This document shows positions 42,001 through 48,350 of a stretch of DNA of 48,350 nt, piece by piece. The DNA lies in contig JBFLGF010000168.1 of assembly GCA_050230475.1 (NCBI GenBank), positions 1-48,350 of the forward strand, written 5' to 3'. A program made the translations under genes and the position numbers. The notes under the pieces were generated by a model that saw only the letters and a list, made by a program, of their open reading frames with translations, was not told the DNA's origin and ran no database searches. The stretch's first letter is position 1; each line of letters starts with the position of its first letter. The stretch comes from Ancylonema sp. (Eukaryota).

Positions 42001-44436
42001 ATCACAATCACAATCACAATCACAATCACGATCACGATCACAATCACTTTCATCCTTTCATTATTATCATCATCAAATTCTTGCCAGCACACATCACCCA
42101 TTAGACAGCATCCGATCACAACACCTTGACACCACATGTTGGTATGGGAAATGCCATGGGATGGGTCATTGGAGATGGGGGATGGGGGATGGGGGATGGC
42201 AGATGGGGGATGGAGGATGGGGGATGGGATGGGAAATGACGTAAGGTTGGGAATGGATGGGATGGGGGTATTGGGGTCATGGTTCGGCTGGTTATATCAG
42301 GTGGGTCCTAGCTGGAAGTCAGCGAGTGGTGTGGTGGAGTCCTCCCCACTCACAGGCCTGGTAGGCATCGCGAGCAGTCTCGCAGGTACTAGGCATGATG
42401 ACACCTGGGCAGCCGTGAGAGTGACACGTGTTACTTCGGGATTGGACCACAAATTATGAAATATCAAATGTCAAATACTTTTATTTCTCTGATTGCCTTC
42501 AGTCCTTGATCCTCATCATCTCAGATTCCTTGGCGGTGGTGTGTCGATTTTGAGGATATTTTTAGGGTTTTTTGTTTCGCTTTTTGGGGAGGGGAAAGAA
42601 TGACCCTAAAAACTAAAATTCGGTAAGGGGGGGTGGGGGTGTTTTAGAGCAAGCGCTAGAAACCATCGATCGGAATCGTGACTTTTTGCCCAATACGATT
42701 CAAAGCGTAGTGTTCGAGGAGGGGTTGGCGGAACAGATTGCAATCGTGTCTCGGTTTGGGAACCAAATCGCTCCCGTGTTTGGAGAGGTGAGGGGGGGGG
42801 GAGGGAGGGAGGTGATGGGATTGGGGGGGTGCTTTTCATCCGGCTAAAGGACGTACGGAGAGGCTCATGGTGATGCTTATGGTGATTGTGTGAAATAAGT
42901 GGTTATGATCATTCTTACGGAAATTACATGCTTTTCATCCGGCTAAAGGACGTACGGAGAGGCTCATGGTGATGCTTATGGTGATTGTGTGAAATAAGTG
43001 GTTATGATCATTCTTACGGAAATTACATGATGGGGTCTCTATCATGGCAATCACCTCATGGAAATAGTGGCGGTGGTCTTTATGGCACCGCTAATGTTGA
43101 TTTGTAATAACAATAGTTTTACATTCAATGAGGGGGTGCAAACACCCTTAAGGAAGAAAAGAGAGGTTGTTAATCTCTGTTTTATGACATGTCATCAAGG
43201 TCTTGTATCATAAATGGCACCATTCACCCCCTCCCCTTCCCCTCTTTTCTACAAATGTGGATGTGGTGTGTAGGTGCAAGATGGCGTTTCAGAATTCACA
43301 CCAAGTCCATCCGAGAACAGGGAAATCACGTCTCGATCATACTCCATTCCTAAAACCCTTTTGGTGAGACTCTTTCATATGGATAAGCATACGTAAAGTC
43401 ATTCTGATGACAATAAAGGCTCAAATAGCTTTTGGGTAAAATCATTTGGAAATTGAGTTGGCCCATATGTCGTGTCCTTGTTTGGGTTTATCAGGTTTTA
43501 AGAGCATGTGGTTATAGTGTGAAAAGATGGGAGATAGATAATAATAGACACAAACAAAAACATTCGTAAGATAATAATACAACAACATGATAATATTGAA
43601 TAATAATGTGATACATATTATAAACTGTTGATGATCAGACTGCCCATACTAGTACAGATCAAGAACCCCTTATCACTCCCATATTACTTTCCCCCCTTTG
43701 CTAGCGGGACTTATATTCACAAATCATTTTAGAGGGTTCCAGGTGAAGTTTGAGGACGATACAATTGACGAGACAAGGGAGTTGGAGTTGTTGTTAAGAG
43801 GGAAAATAGGGTCGGAGGGGTCGAGTTCTGCTGTACAAGTTGATTTTGCCGAATTGAGAGGCACACATGCCACCCCCTTGGCACAAGTAAGCCTCCTTCT
43901 TTTGCCTTCTTCGAACAAGTTTTCAACCTATAATTGTGCAAAAATTGTTGGCTGAATGTTGGTTGCAAATTTTGGGAATCGAAGGTGGTTGAATCTGATC
44001 GCTCTGAATGTGAGCTAGAAAACAATTGTCCTCAAAACTAATAAAAGCAATTGTGTGAGTGTAGCCCTTGTGCGAAACAAACATTTTTGTGATGTTATAT
44101 GTCGCCCATTGTTGCATGCCTACAGTGAGTCCATTGTCTTGTGAACTCGATGAACTACACTTTCCCAATTTTATGATGTTTGTAGATGTGGGTGTGGATG
44201 TGTTTCTCCGTCCACTTCCATCAATCCTAGACTCCTCAAAGAGGCAAGCAACAACGTGACACCTGTGTTTGACATTTGGTTCTGGTGTTGCTGTCCAGGA
44301 CATCCCGTGGCAGATCGGGGAAGTTTTCTCTCCTATCGACGCATTGAGACAAGTGGCGAGCAATGTTGCTTTAGCGGATGTGAAGAGACTAGGCACCAAG
44401 GTCGTGCAATGGCTTAACAACAATTTGGAGTCGTAA
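39065..44436 (+). CDS. DUF1350 family alpha/beta-hydrolase-like protein, probably plastid-targeted, ~402 aa; exons 39065-39324, 39809-40036, 40428-40488, 41098-41160, 42301-42385, 42648-42787, 43274-43363, 43743-43886, 44299-44436
   Basis: KGVINFLGGAFVGATPDVAY, GYLVIATPYNVTFDH, LPIFGVGHSHGALMHLLI (GxSxG elbow), ANVLISFNNKP, EFTPSPSEN, TLLVKFEDDTIDET and GTHATPLAQ are DUF1350 signature motifs. An in-frame upstream ATG at 38933 is an alternative start. Confidence 0.92.
40642..40933. repeat. (TCATCTT)n heptamer microsatellite, ~41 units, DUF1350 intron 3
   Basis: Directly visible, near-perfect array. Confidence 0.95.
41773..42046. repeat. (ATCACA)n hexamer microsatellite, ~45 units, DUF1350 intron 4
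   Basis: Directly visible, near-perfect array. Confidence 0.95.
42830..43027. repeat. Perfect 99-bp tandem duplication in DUF1350 intron 6
   Basis: 42830-42928 is identical to 42929-43027. Confidence 0.93.
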
Positions 44437-45414
44437 CCGCCTTTGTACCAATACATACATACGCGAGTGCGACTTTTGTACATGAAGTTCTAGATGGAGA
44501 CAATGGAACATGTACATGTATGTACATAATGATGTGTGACTAAGAATGATTTTATTCTATGGCCATAGGTGATGGTCAAGGGGCTCACGAAACCGAAGAA
44601 ATGTTGCAGCATGTAACCTCAGTCACTTCATTTTTCATGGTATGGTGCACAACCTCATATCATACGCGACAAGAGGTTGCACCCGACCCTAATTGGGAGG
44701 GCAAGAAGGAGATGGGAGATTATTGAATACATTGAAGACATTAATCTAATGAATGACCATCTCAGTAAAGTACATCACTTCACATCCACACGTGTCATCA
44801 ATGTAGCACGTGTCGCACATGAGAGAAACTCATCACCACGCAATAAAATATTGTCGCCAAGCATGCTTCTATTTGGTGGTCCATATGGTGAATGCAATTT
44901 CTCTCGATAAAGTTGAACAACTTGAGTGACAGATGGCGAGCTCATATGTAATTCCTTTTTCCTATACCACTCGGTGCTTCATCAGTTGTAACTACATTGC
45001 AATGAAGTCTCACTTTTTACAAGACCTATTAAAATTATATTTTTAGTTGTAGTATGCAATAGGAAAACAGGCGACATAGTTACTCAAAGGCTTCAATGGA
45101 TTTCAAATAAGGGTTGTCAACATGTCGTCATTTCGATTTGGGTACCATAATTATGCAAGGAATTACCGTGTTTACAGCAATTCCTACATATATGTTTCAT
45201 GTAAGAAATGTTCAGTTCAATTTTAAAATTGAACGGTACCTCCGCCAAAGTTTTGCAAACATGGCGCAATGAATCCATCATAACACTGGTGAACGCAAAA
45301 TCAAAATGGGTTTCGCATACTTCGGCAAAACATGTTAAGCCATTCCGACTCTTGAGTGCCACATTCGAGGCATCGGCCAAGGACTTCTCTAATGTCAATC
45401 TCTCACCAATGACG

Positions 45415-45975
45415 TGTTAGTCTAACTCGTGTCATACGTACATGCACACACACACTTCTAACACAACATGTCGACACACATTTGTGCAGAGAGCGAGAGG
45501 GTTAGCTGACTCTGTCGGGCAGGATCGGGCTGTGTCTCAAAATTACTCAAGGCAAGTCGGTGAGTGTGCGTACAGCTAGGCTCAGCGTGTAGCAACGACA
45601 CTCTAAACGACAACCGAGAGAAAGAATGCACACGACATGCTAGTCTCGTTCAATCTCTTTCTAAGTGCGACTCTTGCAGAACTGCAAGAGTGCGCGAAGG
45701 AACGTATATCATTTAGGGTTTCATCTTCGCTCAGCTTGTAGCTTGTCAGCTCTCAATATCGCGATTGGTCGCAATACCGCGGTTGACAGACGACATATCG
45801 GCGACTAGCAAATCTAGATAAGGGAATATTCGCTGAGTCACGTCTTAGCAACGCGTCGATCTCATCGACGGTCGAGATGCTTATCAATCTAAAGTCTGAT
45901 CGAACTTAGAACTAGTACTCAGGTTCAACGAACTAAGAACTAGTACACCGAGTGTATCGCGCAAGATACCAATCA
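45415..45975. mobile_element. Candidate solo LTR (561 bp)
   Basis: TG...CA termini (TGTTAG...CAATCA) flanked by near-duplicate ATGACG/GTGACG. CpG-richer than its flanks, with an internal hairpin ACTCTTGCAG-AA-CTGCAAGAGT and a short direct repeat CGAACT(T/A)AGAACTAGTAC. Confidence 0.4.
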
Positions 45976-47266
45976 GTGACGTTGTATACTATGGTGTTTT
46001 TCAACTCCCACCTTTCAGCCGGTCTCCGCCTAGTGTCCGATCACGATGTTGGAAAGAGGACACGAACATTTAAGAGGTAGTCCTAAAGTCAGAGCACCGT
46101 ACACAATCCTGGAAAATGTAATAAAAGAGTCTTTTCAATGTCTGTCCACTATAAAGAGTCTTTTCAATGTCCGTCCATTACGTCCTTCAGATTGGTGACA
46201 CCAATGTGCGAAGATTTTGACATTATCTATGTAATTACACAAGTAAACCGATAAGATCAGCTTGAAGATAAAGTTTGAATGTCTCAAATCAAAATACGCC
46301 TCATATTTGTACTTTTGGGTATCATGTGTTGACCCCCAAAATACGCTATACGTTGGAATGCGATAAAATTACGCAATAAGCTTTTGGCTACTGAATTAGC
46401 ATGTGGCATATCGGCGACCACCGGTTTCGTCAACTCAACTCTCATCCATATACCAGTAATGTGCACATCGTATCAAAACTTGCAAAGACTTGATGACTTG
46501 TGTTGGATGTTTTTTGCTTGTGGCTTTCTAGGTCATCTCAAATACCTCTCAAAACTCGATCTCGAAAATTGAGGTGAGCCGACTGATGAAGTGAAAAGAA
46601 ACACCTCTCTACTAAATATTGTATGGTGATGAAATCTAGAATGTCAAAAAACTAAATCATATCGACAGACCACCTGATCACTTATATTTTCTTGTCACAT
46701 ACAATTTTACACATGTCTAAGTGCATTGTATCCAATTCTTTTATTGATGTCTATTCCTAACACACTAAGTACATGACTAAATGACTAACTTGTATGCCAA
46801 CTAGAGAAGTCACGCAGTGAGGAATCCAAAGTTTGCCTCTCTTCATTGCAAAACAAAGAGCTTATAGTATTGATAGTGAGAACGTTTCCCTCATATAGCA
46901 AATGGGGAATTTATTCCATGTTGAGTGGTGTCGAGCAACCCAACAAGCTGACACGAAACCAATTGCGATAACAATGAGAAGTGGAGTCCACGTCCCAATT
47001 TCGACATTGCCAAATCCCCGATCATGTAGATTCTACATTGAGACGTGACATGCACGTTCTACGTACGATGGTCGGGTCATATGAAGCAGATATGACTGTA
47101 GACAGAACGACATAGTTTAATTTTGAAACGCACTTTGTACACACTTTTATATAAAACTCACTGTGCGAGAGTGTCAGTACGTATTGACTGAATTTGCTGA
47201 CAGAGGTGCTTAGGGGAGCTCCAAGCATAGCGGTCTTGGTGGGAGGCTCTATACGCGATTGAAGCG

Positions 47267-48028
47267 TCATGCGATTGTGGCTAAGCCACCGAAAGAAGTA
47301 GGGATGGTCACACACATGAGAACGGCGAGTGGATATGCAGGGAGGAAGTCCCGTAAGAGGAGGAATGCGAAAGGGGATTTGCAAGTGGCTGAGGTAGAAG
47401 TGTAGCAATCTGACAACTTTGAAGTGACTGCGAGAGTGAAGGCCGAAACGAAAAGAAGAAGGATGCCGACGGCCAAGTTCGATAGAAGGAACGCAATGAA
47501 TCCATACAGCTTGCTCGCCCTCTCCTCTACAGAAACCTTCCGTTCTTTGAGAAATGCGGAAATGGCATTGGCCATGAAGAAAAATGCGGTTAAGGTGACC
47601 ACAACATTGTCAACATGGGGGGGTCTATTTTTCCTGGAATCCGACCATAGAGCAATTGTCCACAATGCGAAACAATTAAAAACAACTCGTCCCAAAGCGT
47701 AGGGGTACCAATCTCGACTCCGTAACAAGTAGAATCGGTGGAGAAGAACGAGCGTCTGTGTCATGACATCCGCTCGATAGTAAGGATACCTCTTGGCAAG
47801 CTTAGGTGTCATGCTCGACACACCCATGAGGCTCTGAGCTTCCATACTTTCTTCTTTCATACTTTCTATAAGGCCACTCAACTTGGCCTGCTCATTGTCG
47901 AAATTGACATTGGTGTCTTCGAGTAGGTAGCCACGAAGGGTGTCATGGTCTAGTGTTCCGGGTTGTGTGCCAGTAAAGTGTCCACACCTCTCGGGTGTGT
48001 CCTCATCGGGACAGCTATTAGGATCCAC
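47267..48028 (-). pseudogene. ABCG-type (ABC2_membrane) transmembrane-domain ORF without an NBD; probable fragment or pseudogene
   Basis: RADVMTQTLVLLHRFYLLRSRDWYPYALGR and AFLKERKVSVEERASKLYGFIAFLLSNL resemble the ABCG A..Q..L..R....RD and F..ER.V..ER...Y....F.LS motifs. No Walker A/B motifs are seen, and an in-frame stop lies just upstream. Confidence 0.6.
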
Positions 48029-48054
48029 TCTATATTTTCACTAAGCTCCTCTAG

Positions 48055-48285
48055 CGAGTGTTCCTAACCTACACAACCTATACAATCTTCTGCAGAAACA
48101 ACCTTACTATCAAAGCCAGCAGCCTACATCTGCACCACCACCTCCTACTCTTTATCCCCCCCTCTCCTTCTCCACTCACTCAACCAGTCTTCCTGCCGTG
48201 CCTCTCCAGCAGCAGCAGCGACAACAGGAGCAGCTTCTTCAGCCTCAGGTGCAAGCAACCCAGCACCCACCAAACCAGCCGTCAT
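48055..48285 (+). other. Possible isolated Gln/Pro-rich coding exon
   Basis: Acceptor-like CACTAAGCTCCTCTAG, a 231-nt stop-free phase-symmetric frame (SVPNLHNLYNLLQKQPYYQSQQPTSAPPPP..LQQQQRQQEQLLQPQ..) and donor GTAAGG. Confidence 0.35.
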
Positions 48286-48350
48286 GTAAGGAATGGACTT
48301 AATGCGGATAGATGGAATTGAGAAGGAGTGAGAGAAAAGGAATTTAAGGA

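Overview
Eukaryotic nuclear DNA, gene-dense and intron-rich (GT-AG introns). It is most likely from a streptophyte alga or early-diverging plant: the genes are plant-type, two proteins have plastid-like transit peptides, and a mevalonate-pathway gene is present. I reconstructed eight spliced genes by hand with consistent exon phases: diphosphomevalonate decarboxylase (5'-partial), DR1/NC2-beta, a TMEM128-like protein, FAHD1, an Mpv17/PMP22 protein, a CDPK-superfamily kinase without EF-hands (PEPKR-like), a plastid SRPBCC/polyketide-cyclase-family protein and a DUF1350 alpha/beta-hydrolase. There is also an intronless F-box/LRR pseudogene with three lesions, and an ABCG-type membrane-domain ORF with no nucleotide-binding domain in view. 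Non-genic features include an intact 571-bp hAT-type MITE with an 8-bp target-site duplication, a truncated hAT-like end, two dispersed repeat pairs, a candidate solo LTR and long intronic microsatellites. Two patterns stand out. Each head-to-head intergenic region holds one perfect 12-15-bp-stem hairpin. Many 3' splice sites have G/GT-rich tracts in place of a polypyrimidine tract. Most ORFs in the supplied track are artefacts of repeats or antisense frames. No database search was run; family calls rest on remembered motifs.
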